64,000 nt of DNA from an uncultured bacterium (GTDB lineage Bacteria; Patescibacteriota; Minisyncoccia; Phycocordibacterales; UBA9973): assembly GCA_903892035.1 (NCBI GenBank), contig CAITGV010000001.1:18578-82577 (forward strand). Direction: 5' to 3'. Below the pieces are notes generated by a model. That model worked only from the letters and a program-made list of their open reading frames with translations. It was not told where the DNA came from and did not search any database. A program made the position numbers and the translations under genes. Position 1 is the stretch's first letter. Every line of letters begins with the position of its first letter. Positions 1 through 10,097 of this stretch are shown here, one piece after another.

Positions 1-1082
1 GCAAAGATTTCAACGAAAGAGTTTGTGGTACACCTTCCACAAGAGCCACGACGTTGAAATTAAAATTTTGTTCGAGCTGTGTGTGTTTGTAAATAAAATT
101 CAAAACTTTTTGTGGATGAACTCCTTGTTTTAAATCAATAACGACACGAATATCTTTTGTAGATTCATCTCGCAAACCTTTCACTCCTTCAAGTTTTTTC
201 TCTTGAACTAAATTCGCAATATTCATTATGAGATCACTTTTGTTTACGCGATAAGGAATCGAAGTGATTATGATTTGAGCAAGACCGTTTTTCATCTCGG
301 AAATTTCTGCTTCACCCCTGCAAACCACTCCACCGCGTCCAGTCGAATAAGCGTGCTTCATATCTGCAGAACCGTAAACAATTCCACCAGTTGGAAAATC
401 TGGACCCTTTATGTATTCAAGTAAATCTTCTGTAGTAGCGTCGTCTTTTTCTATCAAATGCAGTGTCGCATCGATGACTTCACCTAAATTGTGCGGAGGA
501 ATATTTGTCGCCATACCGACAGCAATACCAAGTGTGCCATTCAATAATAAATTTGGCACAGCAGCAGGAAGCACCACAGGTTCCTTTTTTGTACTATCGT
601 AGTTTGCACGAAAATCAACTGTGTCTTTTTCCAAGTCACGCAAAATTTCATTTGAAAGTCGAGACATCTTTGCTTCTGTATAACGCATTGCAGCTGGTGG
701 ATCTCCGTCAATAGAACCAAAGTTACCTTGACCAATAATCAAAGGATATCTATACGAAAATTCTTGTGCCATTCCAACCATCGCATCATATACAGACACG
801 TCACCGTGAGGATGGTATTTTCCAAGCACATCTCCAACTACCGCTGCAGATTTGCGAGTCTTTGCAGATGAAGTCAGACCCATTTCATGCATCGCATATA
901 AAATACGTCTGTGAACTGGTTTCAAACCGTCACGCACATCTGGAAGTGCTCTTGAAGTGATGACACTCATTGCATATGAAATGTATGAGTCTTTCATTTC
1001 TGAAACAATATTTATCGGCAATACAGAAATACGCTCACTAGGAACTGCCGGCTCTATAGGTGTTTGATTTTTCTTTGCCATA
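1..1082 (-). CDS. gyrA: DNA gyrase subunit A, N-terminal ~360 aa (partial, continues beyond window start)
   Basis: Minus-strand translation from ATG (rc of 1080-1082) gives [11 protein letters not shown]...[17 protein letters not shown]...[12 protein letters not shown], the GyrA signature. The frame stays open to position 1, so it is absent from the ORF track. Confidence 0.85.
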
Positions 1083-1084
1083 AA

Positions 1085-1306
1085 TTATTTTGTAGCGTTT
1101 ACGTTGCTTAAATTATCTTTTAACATATTGAAGGGTTTCAAGTCATCGGCTAGTTTTGATTGCGTAACAGGTGTTGAAAAATGATTTCCAAGTGATGCAA
1201 TCCAAAAAACTGTAATGATCGCTGTGAGTAAAATTGTTGTAGCAAAAACAATTTGCTTTCGTACAGCTTCGGGTTTTTGTTTTAATTTATGAATTATTGT
1301 TTTCAT
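1085..1306 (-). CDS. small membrane protein (73 aa, one TM), hypothetical
   Basis: ORF track; hydrophobic core ILLTAIITVFWIASL; lies directly upstream of gyrA on the same strand. Confidence 0.35.
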   Translation of the reverse strand: MKTIIHKLKQKPEAVRKQIVFATTILLTAIITVFWIASLGNHFSTPVTQSKLADDLKPFNMLKDNLSNVNATK

Positions 1307-1938
1307 TAATTTTCCATTAAAACCACAACGTCCCCCTCCTTTCCATCTAAATCTTTTTTCTTTAATACCAATTTCTCAATCGGTGCGACTTTTTCTTCTC
1401 CAGCTTCTTTCAAAAAAGTTTTTAACATTGGCGCCTCATAATCCATTGGAATGATAAGCGATGGCTCAAAAGAAACTGCGAGTTTATATGCAGAAGTAGG
1501 ATCTAAAAGATTTTTATTATCTCCAATTGGTACAAATAAAATATCTGGGCTACCTATTGCCTCTTTTGCTTCAGCTGACAAATTGTTTTTTGAAAGTGAA
1601 CCCAAGAAACACATATGTATTCCTTCGAGTTCTACATTATATATTGTATTGATATAAGCCTTGCCGTCAATTTCAGTATCAGAACGAATTCCTTTTACGA
1701 AAATTCCTTTTACTTCATAGTCCCCGGGGCCTGAAATAACCACGGGTTCAGCATCGCCACGTGAAAGAATTTCTACACCATTGTAGTCTGGATGATTTGT
1801 AGTTGAAAGTACAACCTCTGCACCAAAACGTGAACCTTTGCCTGAAAATTTTGAATCTTTTCCAATAGGATTTACACCGATAACAGTGTCGCCTTGTGTG
1901 ACTTTGAAAAATTGTTTGCCGAAATAAGTAATTATCAT
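1306..1938 (-). CDS. MBL-fold metallo-hydrolase (UlaG-like)
   Basis: 210-aa ORF of MBL-fold type (HPDYNG...ILSRGDAEPVVISGPGDY...MCFLG...PDILFVPIGDN); family recalled from memory. Confidence 0.6.
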   Translation of the reverse strand: MIITYFGKQFFKVTQGDTVIGVNPIGKDSKFSGKGSRFGAEVVLSTTNHPDYNGVEILSRGDAEPVVISGPGDYEVKGIFVKGIRSDTEIDGKAYINTIYNVELEGIHMCFLGSLSKNNLSAEAKEAIGSPDILFVPIGDNKNLLDPTSAYKLAVSFEPSLIIPMDYEAPMLKTFLKEAGEEKVAPIEKLVLKKKDLDGKEGDVVVLMEN

Positions 1939-2144
1939 TGTCGGTATTATAGCAAAGAAAAGCTGGATTACAAAGAATATACCACCCCCTGCCCCCTCCT
2001 AATTTAAGTGGGGGTGAAGAAGGAGGTTCTTGGGTTGCATTTTTAGCATTTATATAGTATAGTCACTCCATTATTAGTCGGATTTTAGATTAACCCTGTT
2101 TGCCCTACTGAGTACGCCTCGGGACAAAAAGGCACTAAAACCTT

Positions 2145-2172
2145 AATCCGCAGTTTTATGCGGATTTTTTTT
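2145..2172 (+). other. hairpin plus T-run (AATCCGCAG-TTTTAT-GCGGATT-TTTTTTT) 5 nt upstream of the rpsA start; intrinsic-terminator-like or leader structure
   Basis: Perfect 8-bp stem followed by T8 on the + strand; no + strand gene upstream. Confidence 0.3.
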
Positions 2173-2176
2173 AATT

Positions 2177-3265
2177 ATGACAACAGAAGTAAAAGAAGTA
2201 GAAAAAGTATTGAGTAGTGCTCACGCAATGCTCGACAAGAGTAAAAACCCTCTTGAAGCTGAAGCACTCGTCGAAGGACCAGTGATTTCAGTCATGAAGT
2301 CTGCTGTATATGTTGACCTCGCTCCATTTGGAACAGGTATTATTTACGGTCGCGAATTTATGAATGCTCGCGATATTATCAAGAAAATAAATCTTGGAGA
2401 TATCATCAAAGCAAAAATCGTCAGTGCAGAAAACGAAGATGGCTATATTGAGCTATCTTTGAAAGAAGCGAAACAAGCTCTCATTTGGAGCGACGCTGAC
2501 AAGGCTATTAAGAATAAAACAATTTTTGAAATTGCTGTTAAAGAAGCAAACAAAGGAGGTCTTATTTTGGAATGGCAAGGAATTGCCGGTTTCCTACCTG
2601 CATCACAACTCAAATCTGAACACTACCCTCGAGTAGAAGATTCTGATAAAGACAAGATTTTAAAAGAATTGAAAAAAATAGTTGGAAAGAAACTTTCAGT
2701 TATTATGATTTCAGCTCTTCCAAAAGAAGCAAAACTTATTTTCTCTGAAAAAGATACAAACCCTGAAGAGAAAATGGAAATCGTCGGCAAATACACAGTC
2801 GGTGACGAACTCGAATGTGAAGTTGCTGGAATGGTTGATTTCGGAGTATTTCTTAAACTTGAAGATGGCCTAGAAGGACTAGTGCACATTTCTGAAATTG
2901 ATTGGGGTCTAGTGGAAGATCCTCGCCATATGTTTAAAGTTGGCGACAAAGTTCGTGCAAAGATCATTGAAGTGAAAGAAGGAAAAATTTCTCTATCAAT
3001 CAAAGCTCTTAAAGAAAATCCTTGGAAAGAATTTGAAGGTAAATTGAAAAAGGGCGACATCATCAAAGGCGTCGTTATCAAATTCAACAAACACGGTGCT
3101 TTGGTTTCAATCAAGGAAGGTGTTGCTGGACTTGTTCACAATTCCCTATTTGGTGGTGAAGCAAAACTTCGCGAAAAGCTAGAACTTGGAAAGACTTACA
3201 ATTTCCAAATCACTCTTTTCGAACCAAAAGACCAACGCATGACTCTCGCATACCTAGAAAAATAA
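2177..3265 (+). CDS. rpsA: 30S ribosomal protein S1 (short form, ~4 S1 domains)
   Basis: 362 aa with repeated S1 RNA-binding domain pattern (GxV..V...G.FV.L..G.EGLVHISE). Confidence 0.8.
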   Translation: MTTEVKEVEKVLSSAHAMLDKSKNPLEAEALVEGPVISVMKSAVYVDLAPFGTGIIYGREFMNARDIIKKINLGDIIKAKIVSAENEDGYIELSLKEAKQALIWSDADKAIKNKTIFEIAVKEANKGGLILEWQGIAGFLPASQLKSEHYPRVEDSDKDKILKELKKIVGKKLSVIMISALPKEAKLIFSEKDTNPEEKMEIVGKYTVGDELECEVAGMVDFGVFLKLEDGLEGLVHISEIDWGLVEDPRHMFKVGDKVRAKIIEVKEGKISLSIKALKENPWKEFEGKLKKGDIIKGVVIKFNKHGALVSIKEGVAGLVHNSLFGGEAKLREKLELGKTYNFQITLFEPKDQRMTLAYLEK

Positions 3266-3282
3266 TTCAAATATTTTCTATT

Positions 3283-3314
3283 AAAAAATCCTCTCAATTT
3301 GAGAGGATTTTTTA
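3283..3314 (+). terminator. rho-independent terminator after rpsA
   Basis: ATCCTCTCAA-TTT-GAGAGGAT followed by TTTTT. Confidence 0.7.
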
Positions 3315-3377
3315 ATTTGCTATTTATGTAAAAATGTTGTAATGTAAATTTTGTATAACAACTAAATACTTATTTAC

Positions 3378-3551
3378 ATGGAAAAAAATGACAATAAACA
3401 TCACATTCGATCACAGAAGCCACCAGAAGATAGAGATGCTGGCTTCAGGAAAAGAAAAGGCTACTCTTTAGGTAGCCACAGAAAAAATGATGACACTCCT
3501 ACTCAAAAAAGTAGCAAAGGTCATTCAGGGAAAAGTCGGGGTGTTAATTAA
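3378..3551 (+). CDS. possible small basic protein (57 aa, MEKNDNKHHIRSQKPPEDRDAGFRKRKGYSLGSHRKNDDTPTQKSSKGHSGKSRGVN); speculative
   Basis: Uninterrupted ATG..TAA frame between two terminators; below the ORF-track size cutoff; no homology recognised. Confidence 0.2.
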   Translation: MEKNDNKHHIRSQKPPEDRDAGFRKRKGYSLGSHRKNDDTPTQKSSKGHSGKSRGVN

Positions 3552-3565
3552 TTTAACACAAAGGA

Positions 3566-3598
3566 TGGGTTCACTGATAATTCAGCGAACCCATTTTT
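3566..3598. terminator. bidirectional hairpin terminator shared by the + strand sORF and the minus-strand pth
   Basis: GGGTTCACTGA-TAAT-TCAGCGAACCC flanked by A/T runs; abuts the pth stop codon. Confidence 0.6.
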
Positions 3599-4184
3599 AA
3601 TTATACAAACTCATCATTTTGTCTTTGCCGGATTCGGAAAAGGTTTCTAGGGCGAGGGTGATTTTTTTGGAAAGTTTTTTGAGGTCGGCAATTTCAGTGT
3701 CTTTGAAATCTTTCAAAAGAAAAGCGAGCACAGCTTTTTCGCCAGATGGCTTTTTTGTTTTACCGCCCGGAGTGTGCGGTGAAATGCCGACACGAATGCG
3801 GACAAATTCTTGCGACTTTACGGCGCGGATGATCGATTCGAGGCCATTGTGTCCACCAGAACTTCGATTGAAAGAAATTTTCACACTACCTATCGGAATA
3901 TCAAGATCGTCATATACGACAACCAAAGTGCTCAAATCTTTTTTGGATTTTATGAGTGGTGCAACGCTTTTACCTGAATTATTCATAAAATTATTTGGTA
4001 AAACAAATTGCATTTTTTCTTTTTCAATTTTTCCAGCAGAAACGAGTGCTTTTATTTTACCTTCCTCTTTCCAATCAGAAAAAACATTTTTCTTTGCAAT
4101 CCATTCCAAAATCATTCGTCCAGCATTGTGACGATTATTTTTATATTCTGCTCCCGGGTTTCCCAAACCTACAATTGTTATCAT
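3597..4184 (-). CDS. pth: peptidyl-tRNA hydrolase
   Basis: MITIVGLGNPG..Y..RHNAG...D..DIP.G...I....SGGHNGL motif set. Confidence 0.9.
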   Translation of the reverse strand: MITIVGLGNPGAEYKNNRHNAGRMILEWIAKKNVFSDWKEEGKIKALVSAGKIEKEKMQFVLPNNFMNNSGKSVAPLIKSKKDLSTLVVVYDDLDIPIGSVKISFNRSSGGHNGLESIIRAVKSQEFVRIRVGISPHTPGGKTKKPSGEKAVLAFLLKDFKDTEIADLKKLSKKITLALETFSESGKDKMMSLYN

Positions 4185-4246
4185 TTTTTTATTCTACCAT
4201 ATTAAACGTTTTGAAAATATAGTGTCGTACAACAACAACCTCCTTT

Positions 4247-4897
4247 GTGTCAAGGCGTATTTTAGACTATAATTGTCGCATGGAAAATCAAAATACAAAT
4301 AATATTGAAGTACAAAATTTAGAAATACTTCCACCAACTAAGCCGACTGCAAGAGAATCAGTCTGGGACCTAGCAAAATTTTTATTAATTGCTCTCGCTA
4401 TCGTTTTACCAATAAGATTTTTTGTCGCACAACCTTTTGTGGTGTCAGGACTTTCAATGTATCCGACATTCAATAATGGCAACTACCTCATCGTCGATGA
4501 AATTTCATATAAAATGCACAACCCAGCTCGAGGTGACGTAATCATTTTCCATTATCCAAAAGACCCAACAAAATATTTTATTAAAAGAGTCATAGGTCTT
4601 CCAGGAGAGACAGTCAAAATTGACGGTAGCACTGTGTCTATAAAAAACTCTGCTCATCCCGACGGTTTTGTACTCGACGAACCATATGTAAAAAACAAAT
4701 CCAGCAATCAATCTCAATACGTTCTTGGTCCCGATGAATATTTTATGATGGGAGACAATCGCTCAGCAAGTTCAGACTCTCGTATTTGGGGAAATTTACC
4801 AAAAAAATTAATCGTCGGTCGAGCATTTTTGCGACTATATCCATTATCAGATCTTAATGTTCTTCCGGGTGAATACAAACCTGAAGGCACAAATTAA
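4247..4897 (+). CDS. lepB: signal peptidase I
   Basis: SMYPTF..GDVIIF.....KRVIGLPGE...MGDNR..S.DSR; N-terminal TM segment. Confidence 0.85.
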   Translation: MSRRILDYNCRMENQNTNNIEVQNLEILPPTKPTARESVWDLAKFLLIALAIVLPIRFFVAQPFVVSGLSMYPTFNNGNYLIVDEISYKMHNPARGDVIIFHYPKDPTKYFIKRVIGLPGETVKIDGSTVSIKNSAHPDGFVLDEPYVKNKSSNQSQYVLGPDEYFMMGDNRSASSDSRIWGNLPKKLIVGRAFLRLYPLSDLNVLPGEYKPEGTN

Positions 4898-4900
4898 TTT

Positions 4901-6202
4901 ATGACTGAAAAAAATAAAAAAGGAAACAAGGAACCCCTCGGAAGTCCTAAAGGAATGCGTGATTTAGTTGGACAGGATTATTACAATTTCCAAGGATTTT
5001 TTGAAAAAGCTCAAGAAGTAGCTGTGTACTACGGTTTCAAACCAATTGAAACTCCAATACTTGAATACGAAGAAACATTTACTACAGCGGTAGGAGTAGG
5101 TACTGATATCGTGGACAAAGAAATGTACACTCTTAAAACAAAAGGTGGTGACCATCTTGCAATGCGCCCAGAGCACACCGCAGGTACAATGCGCGCATAT
5201 ATCGAACACGGCATGCAAAACGAGCCACAGCCAGTAATGCTCTATACAGGTAGCCCAGTATTTCGCCACGACAAACCCCAACGCGGACGATATCGCCAGT
5301 TTTGGCAATTTGATATGGATGCTCTCGGAAGTGAAAAAAGTATTATCGATGCTTTGGTAGTAAAAGCTGTGCTTACAATACTAGAAGAAGCTGGTGCTCA
5401 CAATTTATCTGTAGAAATAAATTCAATTGGTGACAAAGAATGCCGAGGTCAATATTTAAAAGAACTTACTGCATATTACAAAAAACATTTAAGTTCCCTA
5501 CCAGCTGTAGATCGTGAAAGACTTAAAACAAATCCACTTCGAATCCTAGATTCAAAAGAAGAAAAAACAAAAGAAATAAATATTGATGCTCCAGATTCTA
5601 TCGGCTCTCTTTGTGCAAGTTGTAAAAAACATTTCAAAGAAGTTCTTGAATACTTAGAAGAAATGGGAATTGCCTACACTATTAACAAAAACCTTGTTCG
5701 TGGTCTTTCATATTACACACGTACCGTTATAGAAATCATTGAGCAAGATGGTGGCGAAGGTGGCACACCGCTCACTATTGCCGCTGGTGGAAGATATGAC
5801 TATCTTGGTAAACAGCTCGGAAGTAAAAAAGATATTCCTGCAATGGGAATTTCAATTGGTATCGACCGTGTAGTAGGTGCTCCATGGTACAAAAAACTTT
5901 CTCCAAGAATTATGAAGAAAGCAAAGTTTTATTTCATTCAATTGGGCTCTGATGCAAAATTAAAAAGTCTTAATGTTATTGAAATCTTACGCAAAGCACA
6001 TATTCCAATTTCACAGTCACTTTCAAAAGACAGCCTTGGTGCTCAGCTCGCAATTGCAGAAAAACTTGGAATGCCATATGCACTTATTTTCGGTCAAAAA
6101 GAAGCTCTCGAAGATTCTGTAATCGTGCGTGATATGAGCAACCGTTCACAGGAGACAATTAAACTTGCAAAACTTCTCGAATATATTAAAACTCTAAAAT
6201 AA
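4901..6202 (+). CDS. hisS: histidyl-tRNA synthetase
   Basis: Class II aaRS motifs (GMRD, LAMRPE.T, FRHDKPQRGRYRQF.Q.D) plus anticodon-binding C-terminal domain. Confidence 0.9.
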   Translation: MTEKNKKGNKEPLGSPKGMRDLVGQDYYNFQGFFEKAQEVAVYYGFKPIETPILEYEETFTTAVGVGTDIVDKEMYTLKTKGGDHLAMRPEHTAGTMRAYIEHGMQNEPQPVMLYTGSPVFRHDKPQRGRYRQFWQFDMDALGSEKSIIDALVVKAVLTILEEAGAHNLSVEINSIGDKECRGQYLKELTAYYKKHLSSLPAVDRERLKTNPLRILDSKEEKTKEINIDAPDSIGSLCASCKKHFKEVLEYLEEMGIAYTINKNLVRGLSYYTRTVIEIIEQDGGEGGTPLTIAAGGRYDYLGKQLGSKKDIPAMGISIGIDRVVGAPWYKKLSPRIMKKAKFYFIQLGSDAKLKSLNVIEILRKAHIPISQSLSKDSLGAQLAIAEKLGMPYALIFGQKEALEDSVIVRDMSNRSQETIKLAKLLEYIKTLK

Positions 6203-6203
6203 A

Positions 6204-6740
6204 ATGGCAATAGAAATTGTTCAAAAAGAAAATCCGGTACTGCGTCGTATTGCGGAAACTGTTCCTGTAGCTGAAATCACGTCTTCAAAAATTAAAAAAA
6301 TTTTAAAAGATATGAGTACTGCGCTTTCGGGTGAAGGCGACGGAGTAGCTATTGCAGCTCCGCAAATTGCTGTGCCACTTCGAATATTTGTCGTTTCTGG
6401 AAAAATTTTTGATGAAGATTTTACAGAAGAAACAAAAATCACAGATAAGAAAACAAAAAATCATCCTGACGTTGTTTTTATAAATCCTGTAATTAAAAAA
6501 ATGTCGAAAACAAAAAAGTGGTTACCAGAAGGTTGTCTTTCGGTGCGCCCACTTTACGGTGAGGTCAGACGCTCGACGCACGCCACAGTTTCAGCTTATG
6601 ATGAAAATGGAAAGAAATTTACTCGAGGTGGAGCTGGACTTCTTGCACACATTTTTCAACACGAAGTCGATCACCTAGACGGTGTACTTTTTATTGATAA
6701 AGCTAGAAAAGTGGAAGAAGGAATTCCTGAAGAAAACTAA
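6204..6740 (+). CDS. def: peptide deformylase
   Basis: EGCLS, ...QHEVDHLDG motifs. Confidence 0.9.
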   Translation: MAIEIVQKENPVLRRIAETVPVAEITSSKIKKILKDMSTALSGEGDGVAIAAPQIAVPLRIFVVSGKIFDEDFTEETKITDKKTKNHPDVVFINPVIKKMSKTKKWLPEGCLSVRPLYGEVRRSTHATVSAYDENGKKFTRGGAGLLAHIFQHEVDHLDGVLFIDKARKVEEGIPEEN

Positions 6741-6863
6741 AATTTTAGTATTTTTGTTTTTTACAGGTTTCGCAGGGCGACGGCCCGAGACTAAACAAAT
6801 TTTCAGCAGAAAATTATGTGACTGTAAAAAATAACAAATATTAAAATTTTAGCCATATTAAAC

Positions 6864-7700
6864 ATGAGTAAATTAAAAATCGCATTTTTTGGAACACCAG
6901 AACTCACAACATCAATTCTCGATGAGCTTTTTTCTTGTGGTTACACACCAGAAGTTATAATCACTCAACCCGACAGACCACAGGGCAGAAAAATGATTAT
7001 TACTCCTCCACCTGCAAAAGCCTGGGCACTCGCGCACAATATCCCCGTACTTCAACCAGAAAAAATTGATGAAAATTTTATTTCAGAAATTAAAAATTTA
7101 AATTTAGACATTTCCCTCGTAGTTGCTTATGGAAAAATAATGCCGACTGAATTAATCGATGCTCCAAAATTTGGCTCAATAAATCTCCATTATTCTCTTC
7201 TCCCGAAATATCGTGGAGCAACTCCTGTCGAATCTGCCATACTTGCTGGCGACGCGACAACAGGAGTCAGTATTCAACAAATGAAATACGAACTCGATGC
7301 TGGCGCAATCATTGCTCAGTCTGAAACAGAAATAGGTGCCAGTGAAACTGCTCCGGAACTTCGCATTCGTTTAAATGATGTTGGTAAAAAAATGATTGTC
7401 GAAGTTTTGAAACAATTTGAAACTGGTAATATCGTAAAAACTGAGCAAGACGAAAACAAAGCAACTCATTGCGCAAAAATAAAAAAAGAAGACGGCCTCG
7501 TTAACTTGGAAGTTGAACTTCCAAGTGAACTCTGGAACAAATACCGCGCCTACTTCGGCTGGCCAAGTATCTATTTCTTTGATCAAAATGGTAAACGCGT
7601 AAAAATAACCAAAGCAACATTTCAAGATGACAAATTTGTCATCGAAAAAATAATTCCCGAAGGTAAAAAAGAAACTGACTATTCTAGTATTTCGAAGTAA
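6864..7700 (+). CDS. fmt: methionyl-tRNA formyltransferase
   Basis: KIAFFGTPE...SINLHYSLLPKYRGATP. Confidence 0.9.
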   Translation: MSKLKIAFFGTPELTTSILDELFSCGYTPEVIITQPDRPQGRKMIITPPPAKAWALAHNIPVLQPEKIDENFISEIKNLNLDISLVVAYGKIMPTELIDAPKFGSINLHYSLLPKYRGATPVESAILAGDATTGVSIQQMKYELDAGAIIAQSETEIGASETAPELRIRLNDVGKKMIVEVLKQFETGNIVKTEQDENKATHCAKIKKEDGLVNLEVELPSELWNKYRAYFGWPSIYFFDQNGKRVKITKATFQDDKFVIEKIIPEGKKETDYSSISK

Positions 7701-8073
7701 AAGGATTTCTTTTGGAAAGTCCTTTGAGCATTTTTTTGACGCTTGCGGCGCCACGTTTGTAGAGTGTTTGTTTTTTGTCTTTACTTGATGTGAGTTCGCG
7801 CACAAGATCTTCTTTGCAGGCATCTATGGCTTTATATAAATCTTCTTCTTCGGCGATTGAAGTGAAGTTTGAGCCGAGGGTATCTAGGCGAGCTTCAGAT
7901 TTAAATACATCACCATTTTTATGATGATTTGTTGTTTTTCCAACTTCGATGTAAAGTATTGCTTCCTTTCCTTCGTGGCGGACAAATTTGCTAACACTTT
8001 CCATTTTTTTTTCAATATAAGCCTTTATCTCTGCAGTCAATTCCATATTCGTTGCCTTTATTTGTATATTCAT
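7684..8073 (-). CDS. hpf: ribosome hibernation promoting factor / RaiA family
   Basis: 129 aa; pattern M.I.I.A.N.ELT..I..Y...K.....F..E.....YKAID...DL.R.L matches the HPF family. Confidence 0.75.
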   Translation of the reverse strand: MNIQIKATNMELTAEIKAYIEKKMESVSKFVRHEGKEAILYIEVGKTTNHHKNGDVFKSEARLDTLGSNFTSIAEEEDLYKAIDACKEDLVRELTSSKDKKQTLYKRGAASVKKMLKGLSKRNPFTSKY

Positions 8074-8126
8074 ATTTTTTTATGTATTAAGACTAATAAA
8101 TTTATTATACCAAATTTTTGACTATA

Positions 8127-8783
8127 TTAATACAATTTCTTTTTTTGCCCCTTTTTCCACTCTACTAGCTTCCCTGCCTCTATCTCTATCTTATTTGCTT
8201 TGCGATATTTATTAATATTTTTTCTTGGAGCAATATTTTCATGAGGAGAATTGTCGAGGACTTTTGAGATATACCAAAGATTTTTATTTGTTGTAACCCA
8301 ATTTGCAGTTTTTCCATTATTAAATACTGAAAGGTCAAAGGGTTCGGAAAAACTCCGCATTGTTTTTTCTCCATCATCTAAAAAATATTCATGAAAATAC
8401 GACATAGCAAGCTCACGGATAGTTTTGTAAACTGGCTCTCGATACCTAAGCACTGCATGATTTGTTTTGGAAATTGCACCAAAGTATCCATTTATTTTAT
8501 ATATAGCTACGACGTGGTCATAATCGTGGTCCGCAGAACGCAAATCAAGAAGTAAAGGTTTGTATCCGTGGCACGATAATATAAAAGCTGCAAGCATTGC
8601 ACCTTCGATACAGTGAGCAATTTTTGAACGCATTGTCAGAAGTGGCGAACGACAAGTATCACCATTCATTTCAAAGTTAATATTAAAAGTATCTAAATAA
8701 TCCTGAATTTTGGCAGGGGTGTTCAATTTTTTAATTAAATCTTTTTCTTTTTTTGTAAAATCCTCCATATACACATAATACAT
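8127..8783 (-). CDS. hypothetical protein; possible transglutaminase-like or papain-fold Cys-His enzyme
   Basis: 218 aa; candidate catalytic Cys in AHCIEGAMLAAFILSCHGY and downstream DHDYDHVVAIY; family assignment is weak. Confidence 0.4.
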   Translation of the reverse strand: MYYVYMEDFTKKEKDLIKKLNTPAKIQDYLDTFNINFEMNGDTCRSPLLTMRSKIAHCIEGAMLAAFILSCHGYKPLLLDLRSADHDYDHVVAIYKINGYFGAISKTNHAVLRYREPVYKTIRELAMSYFHEYFLDDGEKTMRSFSEPFDLSVFNNGKTANWVTTNKNLWYISKVLDNSPHENIAPRKNINKYRKANKIEIEAGKLVEWKKGQKKKLY

Positions 8784-8804
8784 TATTTTTGGTACACTTG
8801 ACCA

Positions 8805-10097
8805 ATGAATACTTCACCCAAAAAAAGTGGTGCCTGGCAAAAAATTAAAAATGTTTTTAAAATAATTGGTCCGGGTTTCATTACCGGTGCTGCGGATGAC
8901 GATCCTTCGGGAATTGGTACATATTCTCAAACAGGAGCGCAATTTGGCTACAGTCAACTTTGGTTTGCACTTTTCACTTATCCATTTATGACAGTAGTAC
9001 AAGAAATGTGTGGACGCATAGGTTTAGTCACCGGCGACGGACTCGCAGGTGTTGTAAAAAAACATTATGGTAAAAAAATTCTTTACGGTGCTGTATCACT
9101 TTTACTTATCGCAAATATTGTAAATATAGGCGCAGATCTTGGCGCAATGGCTTCTGCTGGTCAATTGATTTTTGGTATTCCATTTATTTGGTGGATAATT
9201 GGCATCGCAGTATTTACGGTAATTGTTGAAATTAAAGTTCCATATCCAACTTATGCAAAAATATTAAAATTTCTAACTCTTTCACTTTTTTCTTATGTTT
9301 TTGTTGCATTTATAGTTCATCAAGATTGGAAACAAATTGCTATTTCTACACTCATTCCAAATATTTCTTTTTCAAAAGAATACATTATGAATATTGTGGC
9401 TCTCCTTGGAACAACTATTTCTCCTTACCTTTTCTTTTGGCAAGCAGATGAAGAAGTCGAAGAAGAAATCGAGGAACATAAAATAAAAGAAATTGGCGAA
9501 ATTACAATGCCTATCGTTTCAGATTCCGATGTACACAGAATGCGTGTAGACACCGCAGCTGGAATGTTTTTCTCAAATATGATTACATTTTTTATTATAG
9601 TTGCGACAGCCTCTACGCTTGGAGCACACGGTGTCACAAATATAAATACTGCTACAGATGCAGCAAAAGCACTTCTTCCTCTTGCTGGTCATTTTGCTTA
9701 TTTCCTTTTTGCTCTTGGAATTATTGGGGTGGGACTAATGGCAATTCCTGTTCTTGCTGGATCTGCTGCATATGCAGTGTCAGAAACATTTAATATGAAA
9801 GCTGGACTCAATAAAACTTTCACTCAAGCAAAAGGTTTTTATTTGATCATTGCAGTTGCAACACTTATGGGATTGCTAATAAATCTATTTAATATTCCTC
9901 CTTTCTTAATGCTCTACTACACTGCAATATTAAATGGAATCATCGCTCCAATTCTTTTATTCCTCATAATGCGTATTTCAAATAATAAAAATATTCTTGG
10001 TGGTCGCACGAATTCCCGCACGTCAAATGTGCTCGGCTGGATAATTACCATCTTTATGTCTCTCGCGGCCATCGCTCTTCTAGTATCAATTATTTAA
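8805..10097 (+). CDS. NRAMP-family divalent metal (Mn/Fe) transporter
   Basis: 430 aa polytopic; GPGFITGAADDDPSGIGTYSQTGAQFGYSQLWF signature. Confidence 0.75.
   Translation: MNTSPKKSGAWQKIKNVFKIIGPGFITGAADDDPSGIGTYSQTGAQFGYSQLWFALFTYPFMTVVQEMCGRIGLVTGDGLAGVVKKHYGKKILYGAVSLLLIANIVNIGADLGAMASAGQLIFGIPFIWWIIGIAVFTVIVEIKVPYPTYAKILKFLTLSLFSYVFVAFIVHQDWKQIAISTLIPNISFSKEYIMNIVALLGTTISPYLFFWQADEEVEEEIEEHKIKEIGEITMPIVSDSDVHRMRVDTAAGMFFSNMITFFIIVATASTLGAHGVTNINTATDAAKALLPLAGHFAYFLFALGIIGVGLMAIPVLAGSAAYAVSETFNMKAGLNKTFTQAKGFYLIIAVATLMGLLINLFNIPPFLMLYYTAILNGIIAPILLFLIMRISNNKNILGGRTNSRTSNVLGWIITIFMSLAAIALLVSII

Noticed and set aside
1978-2040. Fourth copy (D) of the structured intergenic repeat
   Set aside because: It shares only the CCCCCTGCCCCC...GGGGG start and lacks the TTGATAAG hairpin; too degenerate to call, so mentioned only as a possibility.
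2623-3114. 163-aa minus-strand ORF inside rpsA (and similar antisense ORFs at 3619..4131, 4964..5308, 7371..7823, 33808..34125, 39195..39617, 42684..43029, 59114..59506)
   Set aside because: Each lies entirely antisense within a confidently identified gene and has biased, low-complexity composition; treated as spurious.
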